A stretch of DNA of 64,000 nucleotides from Podarcis bocagei (Eukaryota): the NCBI GenBank assembly GCA_964188305.1, contig OZ076893.1; one strand, 5' to 3'. The notes under the pieces were generated by a model. The model made no database searches, was not told the origin of the DNA, and saw nothing but the letters and a program-made list of their open reading frames with translations. Every line of letters starts with the position of its first letter. Positions within the stretch are counted from its first letter, which is position 1. Positions 37,933 to 49,444 of this stretch are shown here, piece by piece. The position numbers and the translations under genes are program-made.

Positions 37933-39844
37933 GATACATTCAAGTACAAGGTATTTCCATTGCTCCAAATAAACTCCAGCAATTCAAAACATAACACTGG
38001 ACAAGTAACACCATCAGACTGACCACTCACAGATTAACAGATTGACACTACTGTGCTGATATGCATTAATCACAGATACAATCAGGACTCTGGGCTGTTA
38101 CCATAGCAAATGGCTTGGCTAACCTTGTACCTGCAATTAGCTCACCCATGGGGAGATTCAAACTCCTGAGGGAAATTAACCCCTTCTCATTTCTAGTTAC
38201 TCCAACAAATTATGGGTGGGATGCACCTAACCAGCCATATTAGTAAAAGTCCATGTCCAATGACTCCTGCTTGCACAACGGGGCATTCTTCCCTCTCTTC
38301 CCCGATGCCCCCTGAAATTGGGGGGGGGGGAGGAAAACCCCTAAAACAGCATGTGGAAGAAGGAGTATTGTTCTGTCAGGCAAGCTGGGGTGCTTGCACA
38401 GATGGAACAACTGGTACCTTTGCAGGGTTCCTGATTACATGGAGAGATCCCATGGGTGCACGTGGTACACATGTGGGCTCTATTCAGAACTTCCAATGAA
38501 CATCTAGAGATCAAAAGCAGGGATAGGACGAATGATCCCAATTCCTGTCTCCACACATTCAATGAAGGTCTGAAAACCACTTTAGTCCTCCTACATATGA
38601 TTAGCAAACTGAAAAACCAATCTAAAGAAACATGTTTCCAGTTCACCAATATCTCCAGGTTCTTTTCAAAGCTCCATATAGCATGTTTTGAACTGCCAAC
38701 TACAATTCTCAAAAGATGTCAGTCATTTCTAGATGGGTGATTGACAGAGATCAAGAAAACTTTGTTATATTGCTAGAATCAAGAGTATCTAAAAATGAGA
38801 AAGATTTTAGGGTCACTATATGATTTGCAAGGAATATGGTATCCAATTATTATATGATTAAAAAGGAAAGTTTTTTAAAATGATGCTTAAATTTGTCATA
38901 AAAACACACAATCCAAAATAATGAGTACTTATTTTGTTTCTCTTTGTTCAGGTATTTGTCATATTCTCTTTCAAAATATTCCTGTATTGAATTCAATTTC
39001 TGTTCAAGTACAAAAAAGTACAAAATGGCTGAAGTCACCTATCCACCACCTAGAAGCTATTTTAGCTATTCTACAAAATATTGAAATAGAAATTTTAAAA
39101 AGAATAAAATCAGAAAACCATATATAACAAGGATGTCAACTCTTGGCTCAGGTCACAGGTAAAAATGAATTTAACAGCTATATGCTAGTCAAGGCTGGCC
39201 ATTTTAAAAGACCACCCCTGAAGTTACAATGACTGACATTCTGTTCAAAAACAACCCTGAGCCAGGAAAAAGAATTTGAGGGAAAAAGCATTGAAAACTC
39301 TTAGCAGAACTATAGGACAAATATATGAACAGCTCCTACCGGCTATTATTTCTGACTATATTTGATTCTATCATTCCACCTCACCCCCACATTTCCACTC
39401 ACTCTGTTGGAATATGAACACCACTGAAAACATGCAAGTTGAGCAACTAGTATTAATTTTGACGGGTGTAATTTTTCACAATTGGTCAAAAGCCATTGTT
39501 TGCTTTTGACTCTTGGGGAAAATTAGGGTATTTATTTTTGCCTGACTTAACGTGCTATAAAAGTCTCTATAAGTTCGAGGGATGCCATGACTGTTTTTAA
39601 GTTTGCTGTCACCAGTTTTACCTGAAATTATTTAGGGTAGGCAATATAGCCTTGCAATACTTCATTGAATAACACTCAGATCTACTTTTATATGAATACA
39701 TTATCTGTTATGTAATAATGAGCATACCAACCTTAGTGGGCATAGCCAAATATTCAAAAGAAAAAAACACAGCAGGATAAAATTCAAGCAATTTATTAGT
39801 GATGTATACTATGAACAGCAGAAAGTACAGAAAATACAGACATA

Positions 39845-40103
39845 CCGTATTTTTCGCTCTATAAGATGCACCAGATCACAAGACGCAACTAGTTTTTTGA
39901 GGAGGAAAACAAGAAAAAAAATATTCTGAATCTCAGAAGCCAGAGCAGCAAGAGGGATTGCTGCGCAGTGAAAGCAGCAATCCCTCTTGCTGTTCTGGCT
40001 TCTGGTATAGCTACGCAGTCTGCATTCGCTCCATAAGACGCATACACATTTTCCCTAATTTTTTAGGAGGGAAAAAGTGAGTCTTATAGAGCAAAAAATA
40101 CGG
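39845..40103. mobile_element. Non-autonomous Tc1/mariner-superfamily element with CCGTATTTTTCGCTCTATAA TIRs (short form)
   Basis: TA|CCGTATTTTTCGCTCTATAAGA...TCTTATAGAGCAAAAAATACGG|TA. Confidence 0.88.
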
Positions 40104-41989
40104 TAGTTCAAGTATGCCAGTCTCGGTTGCTTTAATTCTTAACATATACTTTTGTTTTTGATTAGTTGTATACTGCTTTGAAAAGATGGGCGCAGAAAAT
40201 CAGTCTTTATAAATGACAAAAAATACAGAAGAAATAAATCCCTGCAAATGCAAAGGCCCACACTTGATCTACCAGTTCAAGTGTTAGTATTGTTTATGTG
40301 TTTGTGTTGTTTATGTGACTCAGTCACATTTATTTGTTCCATATATAACGTAACATTCCAATGTGAAATAAATGTCTGTGTCATGAGGTGTTCTGCTTGA
40401 GTTGTCTTTCATATATCAAGGCAGTAGAAAAATACATTTCAATTGCATATAAAGTAGAATTACATTTTCCCATTAGTAAAAAAAAGTTCATATTTGTCCT
40501 ATTGCTTTAAAAATGAAATCTGATATTTGGAAAGTTTGCCTTCTTCACCCTCGTTTTTTCTTACAATATCAAAGAAGCACAGTAAAGAGGAAATAAACAG
40601 ATACCACTGAGGCCTGTTCAGGGGGTAGCTGTGTGATATATAGCAGCAGACAACGTAGGCATGAAAGGTTTTCACTGGCTCTCCTTTATGACAGATTCTG
40701 AAATTCTCATCTTGAGACTAATTACCATTTTAGGGGGGAAAGAGACTAATGATTAAAGAGTCCACCTTCTTATTCAGTCATGCTGTCAATTGTATACAGA
40801 GCTTGAAACATATTAAGAGAGGTATGCGCTGTAGGCATCCATCTTCTGTTGCTTTTATGAAGCTAAGTAGGAGGCCTTTTTAAAACTAATGCAAATATAT
40901 TCGGAGATGTCCTGTGATACACCAAAGCTACATCTGTGAAAAGGCCACCTTTGATCCATATAGTAGGTAACTCAAGGACCCATATGATATGACTCTGTGA
41001 TAGCACTTCGGAGCTAGAGGTTATATTGATACCTCTAGATGCCACCATGCTTTGTAACCACAATTCAACCCTTTGATTTTATGCTAATATACATATCCTG
41101 AATAATTTCAAACACATGTCGCCTTTCTTCTTGTCTCTATGAAAATTGGTTGGTTTCTATGAAAATTCTAACTACAAATGTTTCCCTTTTCCAGACAAAG
41201 GACAGTCAATGCTGTGTCATTCACACAATGCCTCAATAAGAGATAAAGTTTGTGCTTAGACTTATGCTGGGTATCTGAATGTACTTTCCACATAGTAAAA
41301 CTCTGTTGTAGAAGCAGTAATTAAACCTTTATATAACTGCAAAAGGAAAACTTCTAGCTTTCTGGTCTCTGAAATGACAAATGCCATCATGTTAAAAACT
41401 GCCGTGTTATTATATGTAAAGAAAAGGATTTGGTGGCTGCTTCTCCTTTTAGAATTACTTTATAGTTTTCTCAACCGATTAAGAATGGGAAGTCACATCC
41501 TTGGGCTTACAAGCGTAATCATAGGTGGCTATATATTTTAAACCATCCAGCATAAATCGCTATCCCGAAATCGTGCAGTAAATTGTCCGTAATGCAATAG
41601 TTCTAAACAAGTGCACCAAAACTCATAGGGAAGTCTTGAAGGGAAAATTCTATGCTGCCCAGACTTTGTGGTTGGGCTAGTACACAAAGCACTTAGACCA
41701 AGTCAAAATACTTTATATGTTGCCAATTTAGGGTGCACACTATGTGCATACATGCATGCATACTGACACTTTTATTTCATTATGACCTATTAAATAAAAA
41801 GTTCAACCTGATTCCATATGGCAACATTTGGTATAATAAGAGCAAGGGGGGGGGGGAATCAGTTACATAAATTAGAGCCTTAGCAGTCAGGTAAGATAAA
41901 ACATGCAGAAAATAAACATGGAAATGTGTATCCCATTTATTTATCTAAATGAAATCTTTCCAGTCATATTATTTCTGTATTTGCAGAAA

Positions 41990-42810
41990 AAGATGGTCTC
42001 TGACACAGCCATCAACAGACCCTGCCTGTCTTGGAAGAGCTGGATGTCCCTCCCTCTCTCCCTTAATGAGCTGAAGAACACCATCAACACTCAGGCATGT
42101 GGCAAAGACGGAATCCCGACAGAAGTGTTGGAAGCCAGATCCATTTCCCCCTCACGACACACCTCCATGGCCCCCTCTTGTGGTGTTTGGAACAGGGATT
42201 CGTGCCACAAGACATGCATGACTCCAGCATTGTGACCTTCTCCAAGAACAAAGGTGACCGCCATGACTGTAACAATGATTGTGGGATCTCCCTGCTGAGT
42301 ACAGTGGGGAAAACCTTCTCCTGTGTAGTTCTCTACAGAGTAGTGTCACTTGCTGACTGGGTCTATCTAGAGTCATAATGTGGCTTTTGAGCTCAGAGAT
42401 CAACAGTCAACATGATTTTCTCACTGCACCAGCTGCAGTAGAAATGCCGAGAGAAGAGATGTCCCTTGAACCTCACCTACATAAACCTGACAAAGGCTTT
42501 TGATCTTGTCAGTTAAAAGGACTCTTCACACTGCTCAACAAGATAGAATGCCCACCTAACCTTCACAAGATGATTGTGTCCTTCCATGAGAATATGTGCA
42601 GCACCGTCCAAGTTGACGGCTCATACTGAAATGCCTTCCCTATAAACAGCAGTGTAATATAGGGCTGTGTTGTTGCTGTGATTCTCTTTGACATATTAAT
42701 AGTTCTTGCTCTCTTATGGCTTCAACTTGGCTGAAGCAGGTGTGTACATCCATTCAAGGAGCGACAAGGGTCTATTCAACTTGGTATGTCTTCAAGCCAA
42801 AAGTGCAGGG
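41990..42810 (+). mobile_element. Decayed RTE-clade LINE reverse-transcriptase fragment
   Basis: Translations give GKDGIPTEV, VPQDMHDSSIVTFSKNKGDRHDCNNDCGISLLSTVGK, CGF..RSTVNMIFSL and LTKAFDLV, with several stops and frameshifts. Confidence 0.88.
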
Positions 42811-43339
42811 AGCCCTTTTCTGAGAGATGTTGAGGGGGCAGGTAAGCCCCACCCTGCATAATCGATCACAATGCACACACACCATTTGAATTACAGTGCC
42901 CATCAACTTGGGGGGGGGTTCATCCTCCTCAAATATTTTATGGGGGAGCTGAAAAGACCTTGGCTCCTAGGAGTTGGCTCCTATGCCTGGTAGATACAGT
43001 TGGGACAACTTAATCTAACACAACACTATGTGCTGGTAATGATATTTATTTGTTTAGAGGAGGAGTTGAGCAGAAGCATCTATGAAGCCTCTGAGTCAGT
43101 GGAAATGTATTAATAATGATTGTGGATGACAGGAGAAAGACTGGGCTATTTTTTTTGGGGGGGAGGGCCTTAGAAACTTTGGAGGGCTGTGCCGCACTTC
43201 GTCCAACAGAGAAGCCTTCACTGCTACCAAGCACTGGCCTGGCATTAAGGAATAACACAAACCACAGGGACAGAGGGCTCACACTCACCAAGGACTAGCA
43301 TGCAGGACATTTGCCTAATTCCTCCTTCCGTTCACTGAC

Positions 43340-43375
43340 TGACTCAGTGAGTCAGGTGTTCCTCCCCCTATATAA
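43340..43375 (+). promoter_or_regulatory. Double AP-1 site followed by a TATA-like box
   Basis: TGACTCA (43340-46), G, TGAGTCA (43348-54); TATATAA at 43369-75. Motif match only. Confidence 0.4.
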
Positions 43376-45001
43376 CAGCCAAACAATGCTCAAAACATAC
43401 GATGCCAGCAAGAAAACAGTGATAAAACTGAAAGTAGCCACAGGCTTAATATATGATCACATAGAATAGCCAAGACAGAGATAATTTTAAACAGCACCTA
43501 TGCAGCAGCCGTATTTTGAAGAATCCTGAGGAATCCCTCATGTGCATATAGTTTCATGTACACCAACCTTGCCTTCCAATTGGCATTGCAAACCCAAAAT
43601 GTGTAACTGTTAATCTATTGTTTATTCAATGCCACCGACAGAAGTTAATAGATGGTTATAAACTAATTGAGTGTGTCTGTACTGTTATCTGCTCATTCAT
43701 CTCACTTTTTCAATTTAGCTTCGTTAGTGTTCCATATGGTACAGTGGCCCTGCTGCTTGGAGCAGCCATTCTCCACAAAAAAGCCCTTCTAACAACAGGA
43801 AGCTAATAGTTTAACTGTTCCTCTAAATTTGTTTGACAAAACTGACATTTAGCACATCATGTCACGTTGTCAGTAATCTGCAATTTACCCCTAGGCAGTC
43901 AGTGGATGCTCGTTTTATTTACTTCTCATAGTTAAGAGCGTAATTAATATTCCACTCTGAAACAAAGATTAGAGATTTGACAAACATTGTAATTTAAATT
44001 CTCCATTATAGCAAACATTAAAATCAAGCATCTTCTATATGCGCCATTACGTAAATGACACGTGTAGCTGTAATTTAACTTTTTAGATTTTAATACCACA
44101 AACTAATTTCTGCTGTCAGTTTAATGAGTTGGAAAACACAAATCTTAGCACTCTTGCACAGACTAATAGTTAAATTAGAGGGAGAGCATGGTTTGGTTAT
44201 TTTAACTCTTTAACTATCCTATGCAAGACTATAAATTATGGAGGGATATTACATTAAAATGTTTTAGCTGCTAAATGGGTGCAAATTACAAAGAGCTCAG
44301 GAGTAACTGCTAAGGCAACATTTCTATATTTTGTTCTATATTACTGTGACTTTGATAAGAAAATAAAGAATAGACTGAGGGTATTTTACAATAGAGTATG
44401 ATGGCCGCTGTTCACTTAGAATTCCAGCAAGCACCCACATACATTTAAGTCAAGGGCATTAGGAACATAGAAAGCTACTTTCTATAAAGCCAGTCCACTG
44501 GTCCACCTAGTCTTTCAAAACTGTATCTGGAGATGCTAGTGATTGTGCCTGGAGCATCTGCATGGAATGCATGTGCTAATACCACATTGTGTAGTAATGA
44601 GTCTATAGTGTGTGAGTGCTGTTCATTGAATAAATCTACTAAATACCACAACAATTATATAGTGTCAGTAATGACTTTGTCATAGCAACATATTACCAAA
44701 ATTCACTATGAATACTCATGGGGGGATTATTATACAAAGTCCAAATTAACACATAACATTTTAAAACAATTTAAAACACACACACCCCAAATAAAAATAA
44801 AACAACGCCCAATAGAAATAATAAGCTTTCCCATACCCAACCTCAAGGGCCTGCTAGGCAAATTGCATATTCTCTCCATTATCCTGTGGTTTGGTGTTAG
44901 CTTGATTCACATCCAGGACTGACTTTTCCATTCCAAGGCCACCCTGGCATTGGGCTAACATATGTTATGAGTTTGGAGGAGGTGGCGGAACTGGTTAAGT
45001 A

Positions 45002-45298
45002 CCATATATACTCGTGTATAAGCCGAGTTTTTCAGCACATTTTTAATGCTGAAAAAGCCCCCCTCGGCTTATACTCGAGTGAGGGTCCCACTTACTGTTT
45101 GTTGCCACCACTCTGCCAAGCGCGGCTCCCTTGTGCCTGCCCTTGCAGCGGCAGAGGCTGTTGTCAATGGCGCCTTTGCCACTGTTTGCATTTCCTACCC
45201 TAGGCTTATACTCGAGTCAATATGTTTTCCCAGTTTTTTGTGGTAAAATTAGGTGCCTTGGCTTATATTTGGGTTGGCTTATACTCGAGTATATATGG
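45002..45298. mobile_element. Non-autonomous TIR element, CCRTATATACTCGAGTATAAGCC family
   Basis: CCATATATACTCGTGTATAAGCC...GGCTTATACTCGAGTATATATGG. TA on the left, TG on the right. Confidence 0.8.
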
Positions 45299-45743
45299 TG
45301 TCCCTTTGTGGATAAAGACCAGATGAACAATTTAAGAGCTGGGTTGCAAGAAGCTGCATCTAAGATGGCAAAGAAGCAACAAGGGGAACTAGGGAGAATG
45401 GCTGTGTGAGTGAGCAAAAGAGCTGGGGAGAGCTGCTGCGAAGCTCAGGACATAGAGACATGTTTAGTTATGTGCTGCTCTGTGCTGGTCTCTGAGGCTG
45501 CCCTGATAACAGCATGGGGGGGGGAATATATGTTGGGGTGTTATTTATTATTAAGTTGTTGTTGGCATCCATCTGTCTTGAGAGATGGAAGTGAGTGCCA
45601 CTGGGGGTAAAGCCAAACTGCTGGAGTGCCTCCTGTGGCTGTAGAGACCAATATGGGAGAAACATGTTTTATTGCTGCTGAGCCGGATGAAGGCGTCTGG
45701 TTTTGCTGTTAAAGATGCACCACGGCATTTATTCTCTTTGCAC

Positions 45744-45744
<1 letters not shown>

Positions 45745-45780
<36 letters not shown>

Positions 45781-46350
45781 AAAAATTTCTACACCACCCT
45801 TTACCCAAGGATTACAAGACGATTTACAACATAAAAATGCAAAAATAATACAACAACAACAAAAATCACCAAGCAGTACCCCTCGACAGTTTATAAGGTC
45901 ATAGTTTGTTTAATGAGCCAAAGGCCTGGGAAAAGAGGCATGTTTTGCTTAGCACCTAAAGATATGGAACAAAGGCGCCAGGTGAGCTTCCCTGGGGAGA
46001 GCATTCCACAAATGGGGAGCCACTGTAGAGAACACCTGTTCTTGTGTTGCCACCCTCCAGACCTCTCACTGAGGAAGCAGATGAAAAAGGGCCTCAGATG
46101 ATGATCACAGGGTCCAGTTTGGTTCCTATGGGGAGGGGCGCTCCTTGAAGTATTGTGGTCTTAACCCAATTTTTAAGGCTTTATAGGTCAAATCTAACAC
46201 CTTTTTCTGTACAATGTAGCACATCAAATGTAAAAAAGGACTATATGACTTGTGAAAAGACAATTCACATTTTTGGTGAACCATGAAAATCTTTTAAAAA
46301 AATTATTTAAAAACACAATCAACCCAGCACTTTGAATTGTACTTGGACTG
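45745..46350 (-). mobile_element. L2-clade LINE 3' fragment with (TTA)n tail, interrupted near 46200-46320
   Basis: GGGGAGAGCATTCCACAAATGGGGAGCC and GGCTTTATAGGTCAA are reverse complements of L2 ORF2 C-terminal motifs. Confidence 0.7.
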
Positions 46351-46386
46351 CAGTTAGAGAGTAATCCTGAGAGCCCCTCCATTGTA

Positions 46387-46620
46387 CAGTGGTACCTCGG
46401 GTTAAGAACTTAATTTGTTCTGGAGGTCCGTTCTTAACCTGAAACTGTTCTTAACATGAGGTACCACTTTAGTTAATGGGGCCTCCTGCTGCTGCCGCTA
46501 GACAATTTCTGTTCTCATCCCGAAGCAAAGTTCTTAACCCGAGGTACTGTTTCTGGGTTAGTGGCGTCTGTAACCTGAAGCGTATGTAACCTGAAGTGTC
46601 TGTAACCCGAGGTACCACTG
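46387..46620 (-). mobile_element. Tigger/pogo-like MITE, copy E (opposite orientation)
   Basis: TA|CAGTGGTACCTCGGGTTAAG...TAACCCGAGGTACCACTG|TA; body is the reverse complement of copies A-D. Confidence 0.9.
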
Positions 46621-47143
46621 TAGTCTCAGGTTGTAGATATGTGCAAATAAACCATATATCATAAAGCCACCGCAATCTCCGCTGTGCCCCTTTGTCCAGA
46701 CACCCGTGTAAAGCTTGCCTGGAATCTAACACTGCTGTAGAGATTGTGGGTGGCATGTATCAATCCTGAACCCAAGCTCCAGCCACACGACAGATAAAAC
46801 AATATAGTCCCTCAGTGCAAAATGACAACAAAAATCCATATCCAAAATGCTTGCCTCCAATTGAAAAATGATTCCAGCTTCCAAGTTGGTCCATATGATT
46901 TATACCAATGATGGTTTTTCTTGCAAGGTTAAGTGACAATGAGGCCATATAGACAGATTGGGGAAGTCTAGGCGCCTCTCAGGAAAACAAATGGACTACA
47001 GCTCTAATTTATGGTAATTTGGGCTAGAATTCCAGCTTCATAAATTTTGTGCGACTGATTAAAATTATTATTATGTAGAACACCTCTAGGCAACTGTACT
47101 GGCTCATTAAACACGGAAGCCTGAAATTATCTGCTCTGTAAGA

Positions 47144-47144
47144 A

Positions 47145-47196
<52 letters not shown>
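47144..47196. repeat. (GT)n(GA)n compound microsatellite
   Basis: Direct reading. Confidence 0.95.
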
Positions 47197-47201
<5 letters not shown>

Positions 47202-47609
47202 AATATTAAGCAGCAGGACGGAAAGAGTTGGAAATATTTTCAAACCTTTTCCTCAGTCAATCTTGAGACACACCCACAAAGAACACAGACTTGACAAAGA
47301 AGCTGCTGTGTCTCTCTCTTCTCAATCTATGCTAGTGAGAAGCTACTGACTCTCCTGACTTCTGCACAAGACTTCATTAGTCACTGCCAACTTCAATCTG
47401 TTTCAGTTGTTTTACATTCAATTCTCAAAGGAAGAACACTCTCCCCAGTGATCACAGCGGGCTAAACTTATGAAAGATGAACTGGCTCATTTTGTAATAG
47501 ATCTCGACTCATTCTACCAGCTCTAAATTGGGGGGGGGGGGACACACACACCCTATAAATATTATTAAAAGGAAGGGGTGTGTGCTCAAATATATGCAGT
47601 GGACAGTTT

Positions 47610-48230
47610 CATTAACTATGAACCCCGAAATTTGTTATTCCCTCCAAGCCAGTTCCAAAGCTTTTCAGCCATTTTGCAGCATGAACCCCATGTTTTGCAG
47701 CACTCTCACACTAAGTAACTGATACAGCAAACCAGAGTTCGCAGTTCATACACAGAAATCCAACAGTGTCCTATTCACTCAAAACTGGTCCCAAAGTTTT
47801 GCAATCGTTTTGCATAGGTTTTCAGTGAAAACCCCACATTTTGTGGTGCCCCCAAACTGAGTAAATGATGCTCACACTGGGATCATAGGTATTAAAATGA
47901 AACTCAAAACCACCTGATTCACTCCAAACGGTTGCCAAAGTTTTGCAGCATTTTGCAGCGAAAACCCCATGTTTCACAGTGCCCCCCCAAACACAGCAAG
48001 TAAATACATCAAACCAGGCTTCAAAGTTAATGCCACTATAGTTAACAGCACTCAAATTCCCACATTGTCTAATTTACTCCAAACCAGTGCCAAAGTTTTG
48101 CAATTATTTTGCTACAGTTTACAGAGCAAACCCCATGTTTGTCATGTCTCCAAAACTGAGTTATTGATACTCAAACCAGGGGTCATAAGTAACACCCCAA
48201 AATGCAACATTTGGTGACTTGCATACTTCT
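47610..48230. repeat. Degenerate tandem array, ~4 units of ~135-155 bp
   Basis: CCAAAG(T/C)TTT at 47655, 47791, 47935 and 48090, each followed by AACCCCA(T/C). Confidence 0.75.
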
Positions 48231-49070
48231 GACTTACTGGGATTAAAAAAAATTATTATTATTTGTAGAAAACAAAAATACATACCAAATGAAAGTAAGT
48301 ACCTGTACAGTTCTGTTTAAAGTTACCAAGTTTTATACAATCATTAAGCACAACCCAAGCAGTCAACATAACCACAAAAAAACTGAAATGGAACCAAAGC
48401 TTAAAAACAAACCAAAAACCGTCTCAAAATTGATTGTAAACATTTCTGCTATTAGGCGATCTTAAGGAATCAGCCCAGCATCAGAGTTGTATGCAACTGA
48501 AGAGTTATATGCAGCAAATTTATGTTTTGGGGAATTCCAAAGGCTTGGGCAAACCAATCAGCCTCTCAAATGAACCCTTCTATGGCTGTCAGTGTAGTGG
48601 TCTTGGCATATTAATTTATAAAGAGAGATTGTGTTCTTTTTCAGTCAGCTAAGGGAATTTTCCTGAGCATGGCCCTTAGGTCTAATTCAGCTACAGCTTG
48701 GCTACTTTTTGATAAAAGGTCATGTTTAATTTTTTTTCTAGGGACAAGAAAATCTTATAAAAATCACACCAACAGTTTCTATTCTTAAGTGGATTGGTGG
48801 AGATAATCATGTGGCAGAAACCTATCAAGCTTACTGCTCATACAATGATCACTGCCATGCTTTTTGGGTTTTGTGTAGCTGACTTTTTCTTTAGCAGTCT
48901 TGTGGTGGCAAAACAGCTGCATATCTGTTGATATCTCATTGTAAGTCTGTCATCACATCTAGATAAAAGGTTTTAGTCCACTTCTGTAAATGATATAAAA
49001 TATTTCTCTTTAAAAGTAATCCTGAACCATGTTCATTACTTCCCCCTTTTATTCACCTACTTGGAATGTA

Positions 49071-49444
49071 CAGTGGTATCTCTGGTTACGAACTTAATTC
49101 GTTCCAGAGGTCCATTCTTAACCTGAAACCGTTCTTAAGCTGAGGTACCACTCAGCTTAATGGGGCCTCCTGCCGCTGCGCTACTGCCAGGTGATTTCTG
49201 TACAGTGGTACCTCTGGTTACGTACTTAATTCATTCCGGAGGTTCGTTCTTAACCTGAAACTGTTCTTAACCTGATTTGCCACTTTAGCTAATGGGGCCT
49301 CCTGCTGCTGCCGCGCCGCTGGCGTGCAATTTCTGTTCTCATTCTGGGGCAAAGTTCTTAACCCGAGGTACTACTTCCAGGTTAGCGGAGTTTGTAACCC
49401 GAAGTGTTTGTAACCCGAGGTGTTTGTAACCCAAGGTACCATTG
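49071..49444 (-). mobile_element. Tigger/pogo-like MITE: half copy (49071-49200) followed directly by a full copy (49203-49444)
   Basis: Two CAGTGGTA starts, each preceded by TA, but only one closing TIR (CCAAGGTACCATTG|TA). Confidence 0.85.

Noticed and set aside
47610-48230. CRISPR-like repeat-spacer reading of the tandem array and of the MITE internal repeats
   Set aside because: Vertebrate DNA, degenerate units with related intervening sequence, no cas genes.
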